This document shows, in pieces, positions 40,001 through 53,800 of a stretch of 64,000 nucleotides of DNA (the first letter of the stretch is position 1; each line of letters starts with the position of its first letter). A program made the translations under genes and the position numbers. Under the pieces are notes generated by a model, which had not been told where the DNA came from, ran no database searches, and saw nothing but the letters and a program-made list of their open reading frames with translations. The stretch lies in contig OZ287757.1 in the NCBI GenBank assembly GCA_965649765.1, forward strand, positions 3,348,001 through 3,412,000. Reading direction: 5' to 3'. The stretch comes from Bispira polyomma. Lineage: Eukaryota.

Positions 40001-43000
40001 AGTGTTTCTCATACATATGATGTACATGTAGTAGTATTTGGTGGTTTGTGCTACAATTTATTATTGTCTTTATTCAGGTCACTTTGAAGCACCTCACATC
40101 AAATGTATTTTGTATGTACATTTGTCTATTTTTACAAGTGTGGTCAAAATATTGTTTTTTTCTATAGTATATAAATTAAACTCTCTTTCTTCTTTTTATT
40201 TTAAAATAATATCTTTTTTAAATTGGTAAATCAAATAAATACTAATATATAGTAAGATAAAACCTTAAACTATGGCTTCTACATCATCCAAACACCATCT
40301 CAAAGAATCAATTGCATGTCCTTAAAGGCCACACTACCCAGATTAAAAGTACCATTTAGTAACCCTTCTTTTGATATACCTAAAAATGTGAAAAGTGGCT
40401 TTTGTGCAATGCAAATTTCATTAGACTCACAATTGAGTGCTGATCCATGTGATACTTAAGGCTATTGAGCTTTTAAATACAAATGAGAGCTTTTAGAGGT
40501 AATTAGAACAACTAGATGCCAACTTTAAATGACTATATATAACAATGTGATGTAAAATTTGAATGGTTATTTCTGTATTTTCAGTACATTATATCGATCT
40601 TTTAGGTAAAATTAATTAGAACTTAAAATTCTTAAAAATGAAGATGATAATGTCAAATGTAGTGACATAAACAGGTATACAGTGTGTGAACTTTGCAGAC
40701 AAAGTGTGGTGGCCCTTCGGGCCACCAGATTTTGTAGCTTGGTGGCCTGGATTAGAATCAGGTGGCCCAATACTTGATAATGAAAAATTAAGCTATAATA
40801 TTAATATTATAATAATTAGCACACATATCAAAGTAACTTTTAGGTGTAAATATTTTAAAGACTAATTGTAACATTATTATTGGTATTATAACTGAAGATG
40901 GACTGATTAATAACTCTAAATAATGACACAATTCCGTAAATATGTAAACTTACTGGACCTAAAAACAGTAGATATGCGTATTTACTGAAATTTGGAGGGA
41001 TTATCGAGGGTGGTGTATAAGCACTGCCCGTGTGAGTCTTGCACTACCTTAATTAAGTCAGTGTAGAGTATGAGGCTTATTCTAACAGGTAGAAGTTAAG
41101 AAGGTAAACAAGTAAACATCCCTCCCTGTTGTTATGCAAAATTGTTTATGCTACGTGCTGATTGGTTAAGCAAAAAAACAAAACAAAAAAAACCATAATT
41201 CTAAAGTACAATGGTCAGTTTAAATTTGGTAACTGACAGAGTGACACGAAAAATAAATTTCCCACCCACCCATGTCCCTAAAATATTGAGCTTCTTGTTT
41301 TAACCTTTTTCCATATGTCAAAAGCACAGGTCAGAATGGCAGCCTGATGCTAAAGCTAAGTTCACCTTAAATTCATCATTGACACTCAAGTTAGGGTCAC
41401 CCAAAATTCGAAAAATCATTGCTTAAAACATACTTACCGAGAGCTAAGGTGACCTTAACTTAGTGTGTATATTCAGTGAATACTTAAAGTAAAGTTTAGT
41501 TAGTCAATCTATCTTTTATTTTACTTACATATGTTATATATATATATATATATAATAAACTCATATACTCTAACGTAGTTTCACATGATGGGGTGTCGGG
41601 GATTGCGAGTATTTACTGACCATATTAATAAAAATGCATATTTACTGACTAATTTCACATTTTTACTGTAACATATCTATCCCTACTGACTGAGGCTGTG
41701 GGACTCAAAGAGCAAATTGACCTTTTTCATCACTAAAAAAATACAGCCAACCAGCAGCTGTAACTGCCATTCCCCAAACTAAGGCTTGAAAATGATACAA
41801 CTTTTATCGATGTTGCCATAGGTATGCTCTCCTAGGGGACATATACCATTTAAGTGGTCATCCAATTCACTATATATCTGCCTGAACATGGAGACCCTGA
41901 TTTCCAAAAAGCATGTTATACCAACTAGATCACAATAACTGATAAATAAGCACTGATCAGTTTTAGCAGTAATAATCATTGTTGCAGAGAAATTGTTAAG
42001 TAATCATTGACGTATCCCTAGTATCGTCACTTTAGGCTGCATCCAAATGTACATATCCACACAAATAACAACAAAGAAGGGGTAATAAATACTACTTTTT
42101 AATAATATAGTTAACCCCTTTCCCTGTGGCGAGGCCAGAAGAGCTGTTAAATATGCATTCAGAAAGAGGCCAGCCATTGCATGAAGATTGTAATGGTTTA
42201 TTAAAGTAGCATTTGCACTTACTCCTTTTTCAGCAAGTATAATCAAACCACTGTTTACCTTGCCCACATCTCTGGCTGTACCATACTCAGCTTGGATATA
42301 AACCATTTTGAATATTTCCATTGTTATTTCTTGGTGTTTTTCTTGTGCAATCTTTACTTCTTCCTTAAATATGCATAGAAAACAAATGGTATTCTTACAT
42401 TAGTAAAGGTCCTACATAATGGATTCCCTACAACAAAATGTGACAGTACTAGTCTTTGGTTTTGCAGAAAAAAATCAAACACCTGACAAACATTAATTGG
42501 TAACTTAGGTTTAATCACATGTTATCAGTACAACAACAATTTTTTGGCCTGAAATAATTCAGGCTTACAAACATATTTTAAACATAAACTATATATTCAT
42601 GTCTCCATGAACAGAAATATATTCTCTCTTTCTATGATGCACTATTTGAAGAGTTTCACAACGTTACTAGCTGAGGTAAAAATCTCCACCTACCATCATA
42701 ATATCTCTCAAGAACTTCACTCTCTCCTCCTCTATAGGTATATGCTTATCTATCACTTCCTTGGCAGCAAGCCATGAATGTGCACAGAGATTTTCATAGT
42801 CCTCTGCGATTTTCATTGGACGGTTTTTAATGTTGATGTTTTCAAAGTTTGATTCATCTTTTGCGATTTTTTCATCCATTTCTCTGCTCAATCTTTGACA
42901 AAATAAGTAAACTTTCTAGTTTACTTTCGTAATTTAACACTTGTAAACATTAAAAAATGGTTGTTAGTCGGCAATTCTCTATTCGATTCCCGACTAAGGA

Positions 43001-45962
43001 AGTTAGTCTGGTGGTCATCAATAAAAATCCACATTGAAATTACAAATAAACATATGTCTCTCTCTATATATACACAAATATGTTATATGCAAATAGTTTA
43101 GTATGATCAATATCATCATGTTTGTTTGTCTATACATTGTTAAAAAGGCTTGATTAAAACCCATGGAGATCAAAAGCTAGTGATATTCTATAATTTATGT
43201 TATTACTTGTTTTGTATTTATCTATCAAACCTATTTCACAATCCTCTAATCTATTCTGTTTACCTTGTAAACAGATCATCTCTCTCTTTAGTCAGTTTGG
43301 CTGTTGAATTCCCCAGTTTCCTGATTTGCTCCAGGTAATTTTGTTCTTGCCTTTTCACCCTCGTTAGCTCTGATTCCAACGACTGACACTGGGCTGTTAA
43401 GATTTGCATGTGATACTGGACCTCATCGGGTGGCTTAACATGAGCAGGTCTAAAATAGCAAAACACAATCTACATACACTCAGTGTACATATTTCTTTTG
43501 AACAGGCTTATTATCATCGATTCACAAGGCATAGCATGTTGTATATTCATTTACTCAGAGCTGGACATTGTTTGAAAAGAAAAAAACCCAAGGGTCAAGT
43601 TAATAGTTCAAATCATGGAATAAAATATTACCTAACTTTCACCTTTGATTTAATCATATAAATATTTTAGTGTCGCAATATCAGTTTTGTCAGCAGAAGA
43701 AACACCATAATAAACTATTATTCTATTAATCAAATTTCTCAATTAGTATCCGACACATAATGTTGTCAAACAACATCAAAGTGTGCAGAGTATTAATGGA
43801 GTGCAATGAAATTCTTAAAATACATAATTATGGAGGCCATTGTAATTTTTCAAATACATATTAGTCATAATGCACTGTTAAATGGTGTTCTACTTTTTGT
43901 TCAGAAATATCAATTAAAAGAGGTAAATTTGATCAAGAAAAAAGTGAACATATCTATAAATGTATCAATAGATCTGATTTTCTTTTATTTTTCAGTTTTT
44001 TTCGTATATAATAAAAGAAAAACAAACAATGACAGTTACATTTAGCGAATGACATTTTCTATTATATAAATAACAAGAATTACACAGTATTTTGGGGACA
44101 AAATAGTCAATCTCATTCTAGACTGAGTTGTCTGTCCTGGACAAACAGTTGTTTACTAGACCAAATTGTTGTAAATCTGAAGCAGTAGTTTATCATGTTC
44201 CCATCAACGAGACATATGGGAAAATATTTTCAAATCATGATATTCAATTAATAAAGTACTTTTAGGTTGGCCATAAGTTATAATACTGTGTACAGCTATT
44301 ATATTAATCGATATATAACCACAGACTAACTGAAAAGATGACAGTTGGTTTTTTTTTTTTGTTATAGGTGTTGATACATATTTACAACAATTTGCTATAG
44401 TAAAGAACTTTAGGATAACTCGGTCTACTCTCACTCTCACTCTAAAACAACTGTCTATTGATGTCAGTTTATTGGTGGAGCAAAACAGACAACAGGGCCC
44501 TGTAAATTAAAATTTTCGTTAAAATGCCAACTAACGAACGTTTAATGATCAAACTACGAGACACTAACTAAACAACCCTGTGGGAAAATGGAAAGCATTG
44601 GTTAGATTTTTGTTCAGCCCAAACGAAGGTCTAACTAATGTGGTTATATGATATCATAGGATGAGGTTACAATGAAAATATAGAACTTATGCCTTATTAA
44701 CAAACACCGAGCTTATATATGCCTTTTATCTATCAAGTGTATCAAGTGTAACAATAAGTTATAAGTTATGTGTATCATATTTCTAGAGCTTTGAAATATA
44801 TGTAAAACCCAATGTACTCATCCACATCTCCCAATAAATCCAACCACAGATATCATGACAAATATGTACGAGTGAATTGGCAGTTAAAGTGGTGAACCAA
44901 AAACATTTATATTAATTTTTACAGGCTATATTTAACATACAAGCCAAAAATACATTCCATAATTATCAGTTTCATGCTTTTAGAAGTTTTTACTGTTGTT
45001 TTCATTGAAATATTGGTGAATATATTGTCTAACTGACACCTAACGACAAGCTCTGAGTTGTCGTTCACTTTGGGGGCTTTTACAAACAAAGTTAACTAGC
45101 AGTAAACTAACTAAGGCTTCCATTTACACAAAACTTTGCAAACTAAGACTTAACCAAGACCTAATGAATTCATTTGTGTAACATAGGCTTCGATTTACAG
45201 GCCCCAGGTTTGATGGGCCTGTTTCCCAGGTGCCCAAACCACTGCCCACAACTGCAGAGCTGGGAGTACACTGAGTTTAGTGCTATCGGCGATGCTTGAA
45301 TTTACTGATGGTGTTAGATTTTTAACAAATTGCTATAGTAAGCTACTCTGTCCCTCGTCATACGCCCTATCTGTCAAGGACAGTAAACCCGCTCAAAGCT
45401 GGAAGGTGAGAATGTGACCATAGACCACTGTGGCCACAATTGGATATATGTGAAAAGCTTTGTATTATATTTCAACTGCTGGTTACTTGTGGGTGAAATT
45501 GGCACAGGGTAGTTGTATCAGATGGATTCACCGTGAACCACCAGACTTCACCAATTCTACCCATTGGGCGGTGATATCAAACTGTAGTGATTGGAAACAT
45601 GATTGCAGAAATATAGTATTTTAACTTATCTTCACATTAATACTCATAACAGTATACGGTTATATACTCATGTTTACTGGGACATTTTATTTGGAGAAAT
45701 ATATACAAGTTAGTTACCTTGTAGCTGGTGTTTTTGGTTGGGTGGTCTTATGATGTACAAAATTGTCAGCATCTTCAAAAAACTGCTCCATTTTGGCAGA
45801 ATTTTTCAGCACACGTTCCATAATTGCCTTGTCCATATTTCCGGCATGGTAGCTTCGTCTCATATATTCTAAGTCTGACTTGTATTGTCTGATTTCGTTT
45901 GGAGAATGTTTAAATCCTTCGCTTATATCTTTGTTTTCATCACCACTTAAAGAGTTACCCAT
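37096..45962 (-). CDS. MIEAP(SPATA18)-domain coiled-coil protein, paralog 1 (~399 aa, 7 exons), predicted N-myristoylation
   Basis: Exons 45962-45718, 43449-43264, 42892-42694, 42363-42259, 39032-38916, 38166-37983 and 37259-37096; all GT-AG, phases 2,2,0,0,0,1. Motifs RLSREM..NINIKNRPMKIAEDYENL..SWLAAKE, FARLAWKMATQRPQM and VKYYELPALLHGGKLMKKGRV resemble the invertebrate MIEAP-like family. It starts MGNSLS. Confidence 0.85.
39735..41674. mobile_element. Non-autonomous TIR (foldback-like) element in intron 4 of paralog 1, with nested fragments
   Basis: A 13-bp inverted repeat, ATGTTACAGTAAA (39735) / TTTACTGTAACAT (41662-41674), with internal CAGTAAAT..ATTTACTG palindromes at 39741-39860, 40935-40990 and 41608-41650. 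Confidence 0.55.
41350..41500 (+). mobile_element. Probable 3'-region remnant of a related YR retroelement
   Basis: aagttagggtcaccc and gctaaggtgaccttaa resemble 58326-58340 and 58544-58558. Confidence 0.4.
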
Positions 45963-46017
45963 TGCTTGTATGTATGATAATCAATGCAAATTTGAATATG
46001 TTGAGAAAACCATGTAA

Positions 46018-46124
46018 TTTTATATACAAAACGTATGAAGACTTGTATGTATAATACTCTACAACAATATCTACAACAATGCTATAACTAGTACACAATA
46101 AAATACAAAACCGAAAGTGAAAGT
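46018..46124 (-). promoter_or_regulatory. TATA box plus ISRE/IRF-E element upstream of MIEAP-like paralog 1
   Basis: Sense-strand TATATAAAA at 46026-46018, 56 nt upstream of the ATG. AAAACCGAAAGTGAAAGT at 46107-46124 is a tandem GAAANN IRF consensus. Confidence 0.65.
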
Positions 46125-48982
46125 AATATACTCCCAGAATGCATCATCAGTCATAAACAGAGCTAATAATAATATTATTGATCCAATACTTATTATGATA
46201 AGCTCACTAAGTCCCAAACAATTACAATGCATATGAGTGTGTGTCTTTGTGTAGTAGCCACTATCATATTGTATTTAGTCTGTAGATATAATATTATATG
46301 GAACTATGTGTGTCGCAAGCTTTTTGTTCCAAATTCAGCTAAACTTCTTGAACAAGAAGTGAGAAATATTTTGCGGAAGGACATAAATATATATGCACTT
46401 TAACAATATTGGAACAAGTTGTATTCAATATTTATTTTTTTTTTTTTCATGTATAGGTTAGGGTGTTAACTCTCTCAAAATAGAGTATAACTAGTGAGGT
46501 CATGTAGGACCAGGAACTACTTCAATTATACTACAGCATTTATTCGTACAATCTTAAATCTGTATATGATATATCCCTTTCATTTCTTGCTTTAATGGTG
46601 TATATATACATGAGCACTCTAAAAAGGTACAATTGGGAAAATCGGTATAATTTAACAGGTAGTAGTACACAAATGTAGTAATGTAACATGTAGTAATATA
46701 ACGTAGTAATGTAACATAAAGTAATGCACAAATAACAAGTTGGGTATGTTTGTCATTTGTACAGTAAAGTCATAAATGTTTACACCACTACGCCGCTGGA
46801 CAAGAATCAACCATATTTTACTTGAACCGACCTAAATACATGACATAACCAACGATGCTGTAACCAATACTGGTGGCATTCCATCCGTATATGTTAGAGT
46901 GCCTGTGATTTTCTTATCAATTGTCTAGAGTAATACAAATGTCGTTGAGGTACGATCAGTATAATTTTACATGTAACCCTCATTTCACTTTTAGCCTTTT
47001 GACCTCCTAAGGGGCCTTGATTAGTCTTACAATCACATAATTACAATGTTGAAATACAATCCGGTAGATGTTGTGGGTTACGTGTGTCCTCTTTAAAAAA
47101 GCTTTTCCTATATGTCAATATTCTTCCATAAATTCTAACTGTAAAGCTCTGTGAATGTAGTTCAGATCACTTCAAGACTAGGTATGTAGTATAAGGGAAG
47201 ACCTAGTTCAGGCTTGGCTCTTTCTCCACATTACTAAAGGTAATCATTTAAGTTTTATTCCAAACTATCATATTTTTTTATTCTTATTACTAATGTAAAA
47301 GTAATTACATCCGATAAATTTTCTGGTTTTGTTTTTGGTTATTAATTCAACTTGTTATTACTTACATTGGGAAAATCATCTGGCAAATTCGCTGTTTTTT
47401 TTTTATTATTCACTAAATTTTTATTCTTAATTCACATCAGTCAGTCACGGCCATCAGTGGTCGTTTACATTAGAAACAATACGTCAGGATACCTCCTTTG
47501 CCAACTAGTATTCCACTCACACATAATTACATATTTTTTTATACACCTCATCCCATGTTACATCCATCCACATATTCCTTTTCATTAATAAAAAGTATAT
47601 TATTATTATTACCTTTTGTGTTTCACTTTACCAGTGTTTTGTTATTATTGATTAAAAGCAGTTAATTAATGTGATCTTGACATTTCAGGCAAATGTCCTG
47701 GACCTTCGTTCACAAACCTGTAAATCTATCAATTTTTATAAATTTTTATTGCACTTATCTCTGTGCTAGCTCGTAATACAGAAAATCTTTTTGACACTTT
47801 CATATAGCCATTGGACATACAGGTTTGTACAAACTTGGTTGATTGACAGCGTGTCCCTCCCAAACATGACTACTTTGCAAACTATTGCCAATCTGCTCCA
47901 AATGTAACTTTTGTTAGTTGTTTCCTTGATGATTTTATGCAACCTCAGTTGTCAGTACATACTACCTAGAAAAAGCACTGTAAGAAAGTAGCACCTAGAT
48001 CATACTATCTTCTCACGTCCTCCCCTCTACAGAGCAACATCATACTACCAAGACGAGAGGTTTGAGTTTACCAGTTAAGTGTCTTCTATACGAAAAGGGT
48101 TAGTGAAAATTAGGTATTGAGAGTACTCAGGTCGTTCACCTGGGTAGGGTCTCGGTATGTATGGTGGTGATGCGTAAGGTGACAGGTTATTGGGTAAAAT
48201 TCGGGTTGAGTACCGCAAGTGGTACAGGACCACCCAACACCAATTAGACCACCATCATAAAAAAACAACAAAAGAACGAGCCGGTTCCCTTCCTCTATAT
48301 TTTCCCGACCGGTGTGAGCGTTTACTATTAAGAAGACCATTGTGAAAGTAATTTTAATGTTTTATTATTGAACCACATGTTTGTGTAGATATATATACAT
48401 GTTTATTTCAACTATATATCATACAACAAAAAACATAGTTATTATATTGATATTTGTTTGACCACTCTCTATTTTTCAATTTACAAACCAATTCAGAGAT
48501 TATACTAACATTATATATTTATTCCGACATGTATTGTATCTATACTATATGTAATTAATATTACTACTCTTCACAGAACTTCCAGTAAAACCAAACTGAC
48601 CACATCAATTTCCAATCCGACTATCCCGATGTATTAAGTTAAAAACTTCAACAAAATGTACTTGCTTTTAAATTGCAATGTCTCCAACAATTAAATATAA
48701 GTATATGCTATGTGTTTATAGGGTCCACCTGGAATAACAGCAGGAATAGTAAGAATAAGAAGTTAAGAACTCAACCGCTTTGATTAGGTTGCATATTAGG
48801 TCAAACAAGTATGTTCTCACATATTCAAAGAAAGTAAAACCAATGTCTAAAAACAATAATCCAATATACACAAAAAAACACCATGCAAAACAAGTCTGCA
48901 TTGGTAGTATAATATGTACTGCAATATTAAATATATACATATGTGTATCATCACTTTATTATCGCTTCAAAGGGCAGTAAAG

Positions 48983-50783
48983 TCAATGTTCATCATCTTC
49001 CTTTTTATCTTTGGAATCCATCTCTGACTTTGGAGCAATATAGACTGTTCCAAGTTTCATGACATAGTCTTTGTGCTTCAGCGCCGGGAACACATAATAC
49101 TTGACCACGTTTCCAGGATCCTCAGGATTTTTGCTGTTATAGTACACATGCTGATGTCGCTCGCCCATCCATTGTTGATCAATACCTAACAAACGATAAG
49201 AGTACAAAAGTGAAACTGACTGCTGTATTTGTGGCCCGAACTAGAGTGTGTAAAACTGGATAGAATAAAAGACCAAGTGGCCTGTACATCATGGTTCTTG
49301 TTATGCTAACAATTTTGATACTTATTTGTGAAAGCCTTAGTTTGCAAAATAGTGTTTTAATTGAAGTATTAGTTTTTTTTTTAACTTTTTTTTTGTTCTC
49401 TTTGTATAACAGCAGTGTCATTAACTGACTTCCCACATATTAGATTCCACCCAAAGAGATGGGAGGTGATGGTATTACCAATGCAATGTGTATATTTTGC
49501 CTCCATGTTTCGTTAATACTAAAACTGTTCTACACAATACAATCCACAATACATGTTAAATATAACACAAAATACATTTAACATGTGAGAACCACAGAAT
49601 AACATTCTATATTTCTGTATGCAATGGGAGGATTACAGAAGTGAGGCATATTTTTGAAGACAAATCAATACTCTTTAAGTTTATAGTACAAGAATGGTGG
49701 TTTAATAAAATGTTAAAAATATGCTGGTCAAAGTTTGTTTTAATTTTAATTATCCACTCATTATTGTAAATGTTATGCTGATATATATATGAAAATATAA
49801 CACAGTCCAACCCTAAATTGAAAAAAAAAGCTAACAGCAAACTTCTCAATATATACAAATGTGTTACCTTAAATAATTAGCGTCAAATAAAAAGTTACAC
49901 TACCTTCAAACAGTATTTTGTAAGTCACAAATAAATTATGTCAAAGTCACAATATTATTGTTGTTCTGTCTGAATATGTGTGTTTTTCCCCACAAATCTG
50001 TGTTCAACATTGTACGATAAAAAAACAAACTATGTTGTTTAATTTGAAATATTGTGTGAAGTTGACACTAAACCTTGCAAATATATCTTGCAAAAACCCG
50101 TTCCCGCCAGTGCATATTAAAACAAGCATACAGTGATCCACAAATCGGTCACATACTAGTTTCGGAATGTTAAGAGTTATTTTTTTTATTAATTTTGTAT
50201 GAGTCGTACTGCTACTCTACCTTTTCAAATAATGACTTTTTTAACAGAAAGTTGTGGTTACTTAGTGGCGTAATGTTATAATCACATTTTGTAAATGAAA
50301 TTGTTCTTCGATTTAAAAATTTGTCAAAAAAATTACCAAAATCAGACATTATATGGGTATGCCCATATTACGGCCTTATGCCCATAATGGGCAGGGTACC
50401 AGTACAGATTTATAAATAGCTATTGTCTAAATTCATTCAAATTATAGCTAGCTGTTGTTTTTTTGTGTGAAGAACAAAATTACCACAAAATAATTTTAAT
50501 AATTCCTATTTTCATATAATGTTGCATTAAAACCTCATCAAAACAATTTACTTTGTGGGCGATAATATAATATTTTACCATATTTTGATGCATTTCAAGA
50601 ATTCAAAGCCCAGGATTTCATGACACGCTGCTTCTTAGAGATGAAAACTCATGGTCTGGCATCAGATTGAACACATTTTTTTTATTTTAGCGCAGAATCT
50701 TTTGCATTTCAGGGAAGTAGCCAGGATTTTTCATCTGGTACTCCCAAATTAAACCAATATATTAGGTTATATTTTGTCTTTTT

Positions 50784-50814
<31 letters not shown>

Positions 50815-53800
50815 TATCAACATAATATTTTGGTTAACTTAAGCAGTACTAATTTTTTTTTTATTTAACAACAGGAATCTATGATACTACTAAAACAAAC
50901 AGAATAAAAATAAGTTTAATTTTTTTTTTTTCAATTTTTTTCTTCTTTCTTGTGATTAAATTGGTACGCCTGGGCATAGTGGCATTAATGGTAGCAATGC
51001 CCCTGCATTTTAACACTTTTGTTACAGTCCACGCTGACACAGGCCTGTTTTGACTGAACCAACAGCAACCTACTTTCAAATGTTATCCCCAGTTAGAACA
51101 TAGTACACAAATTTATGTTCTTGCAAATCTGTGAAGAAATTAACCAATCCATGAGATTTTTATCATTTTTGTTTTAATCATGTGTTTTAAACACTCTCAT
51201 ATTCCTTGATTTTTATAAATGTCATCTTATGGTTTATCAAGGTCTGTTGAAAACAAGAACCCACCGCAATTTCAAATTTAGGTCATTGCGCATGCACTGC
51301 ATGAAAAGTGACGATGGAATAAAATATACTTAATATTTTACTGCATTAAATAGCGCTATTTTCATCAATATTTAACCTAAAAAATTAAGTTTTATATCAC
51401 CAGAAAGCTATTATTTTGTGATTTTCGACAGTCCAAACAGTTTATTAGTTGATGTTTGTGAAGAAATCGTTGTAAAAATCTTAAATGGTTGGAGATAAAT
51501 AGTCATTATGATTTCCTTGTAATTACTTTAGCTAAAATTTTAGAATTTATTTATCATAAAAGAGCAATTATTACACTTTCTGACCCTTTTTACGAAATGA
51601 AATTCCATTCAATATTGATTGGGATATTACAGTCTTTACTTTATACATATTTCTTTTATTGTAAATATGGTACATACAGACACACATGTTGTTATTTATG
51701 CTATAAGATGCTGGTTTTCATATCAGTTCAAACTGCAAATGACAAAATAAACTTCTTATTAGTAAAGCATTTACCTTAAATTTTTAATATGAGTGGTGAT
51801 TATGTGATGAAATAGTCACTTAATGGTTGTAAAACTAATTGGGTCTGTATACCAAGAATGAAGTGTGCTTGTTATATATGATATAAGCGACTCAGTTGCG
51901 AAAGACAGTGCAAACAAAAAAACTATAAATAGAAAATAATTTGCCATACATTTATTATGAAGAGTGATTATGTGATGAAAGAGTCACTTAATAGTTGTAA
52001 TACCAGTGTAGGGAAAGTTTTGTTGGAGATACTTTGTGCTAAAATCGAAAAATTTTCAATTTTCGCCCTGGCTCTTCGGTACGATTTTTAAAAGCCCTTA
52101 TACTAGGACATTGCTTATGTAGTTTGACTCTGCCTGTGCTACTGATCACAAAACTGAAAGAATTTTTTAAATCGGACAATTATTAATGGAGATATAAGCA
52201 TTTAAAGTTTTTATACTACATATGGTTTTGTATATTATTACCGAAAGTTTGACCGCTAACTAGTGACTGGTTCACTATTTTCTATTTACTTGCTTTGTTG
52301 TGGCATTATCATGTTATGGCCGACAGGTCATTCTCCGCTTGTTTATAAAAAGAAACAACTTATTCTTTCAATAATTTAAAAATTTTTTAGGAGAATGGTG
52401 TCGCCATTCCAAAACAGACTAACCCCATCAACAAGATTCTGCCTAGACTTGGGCTGTTGAAACGTGTGTTAAAAATATGTTACTGTCTTTAATTTTTGAT
52501 GTATGCTCTCTATACATAGACAAGATGATAATATAAATGGGGTAAAAGGCAAATAACTTGCTTTTATGTCGATAACTAGATAGAAATATTTTTAATTTTA
52601 ATGAACACAAGTGTACCTGTTTTATTATCAAATGTCATCGGCGGTCTCTGGGCAGCCATTTTCCAGGTCAGACGGGCACAGTCATGTATATAGGTCTTAA
52701 TGTCTTCCTGGTTTTCTTTACCTATTTTCACTATAGTTTTATTTAAAGAATCAAGTGATTTCTCCCTGTTTAGTTGATTAGGTGGTCTTTTTGAGATATC
52801 CTCATGAAACCTCTCCAACCTTGCCAGAAATTTTGTTTTGACAGCCTTCGGGAATATAAATAAAAAAACAATATCAGCGGTCATATTTTAAATTAAAATG
52901 CAATGTCTTAATATTGTTTTTTTTAACTATTATTTTGGCTATATTTATTATTAAAAAGATTTATACATCATCAAAATGATAAAAAAACAGTTATGCAAGA
53001 ATGTATGTAGGCTTGCAACATAGCCCAGGTCGTCAACAGAATGCAATGGTGACTTCACATTCTCGCACAAGAGTTATGTTGCATTGTATTTGTATTGTAT
53101 ACTTGCATTTTCAAGTAGCCTTATTGATGCAAGGTCTTCTAAATCTTTTAAAATGTGCGGGGTAGCGCCGTAGGGGATAGCAAGTTCAGTGCTACTAGTA
53201 TTTTCTACCCTGGGTTTATGCCCTATGAACCCCTTCCTAATTGGTCACTTGTGTACTAATTAACCTCTGTCTTCCGGCTTTTTAGCTAGAATCCTCACTT
53301 ACACTATTGAAGTCATTTAGGCAACAACGCCATCTTTAATATTTTACATTATTACTTTTATGTGTTTTATTTTTACTTCACTGATTTTACTATTTGTGTT
53401 ATGGAAACAAGAAATGCAACAAATGATTCACTAAGTGGTGCTACACACTAAGGAGGAACTGATCTGCAGTGTTTTTGCTGGATTCCTGTGTTTTACTCTA
53501 CTTTGAGTCTTGCGATTATATGCTCGTTTGAGCGGTGATAAAGGAACGTGGTCAAATCAATTATATTGCATCAAATTCCCGGCTATTTGCCTGATTACAT
53601 ATAATTTAATTTAGATTATCGCGTTACAGTTCCTTTAGTATAGTTGCAGGTATCAAAGACACGAGTTCTTATATTATTCAGAGGCTATGGCCCCAAGGAA
53701 ACAATACTACTGTCACAAGTGTGAAACTAGTCATATTAAACCCATTGATGAAAACTGTAAAATGCATACCAGTGTGGGAACCTCCAAGCAGAACTCTGTG

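Noticed and set aside
42004-42258. 105-aa ORF 42004-42321 with a hydrophobic, TM-like C-terminus
   Set aside because: A good phase-0 donor (AAG/GTAAAC) follows 42259, so the rest is most simply intron read-through. It has no counterpart in paralog 2.
48060-48340. GC-richer intergenic island, possibly an ncRNA or solo LTR
   Set aside because: I found no recognisable motif, second copy or terminal structure in this window. It needs a BLAST or Rfam search.
50778-50815. Poly-T/poly-G run as a G-quadruplex element
   Set aside because: It is a simple homopolymer in an intron; its length is unreliable and nothing else supports it.
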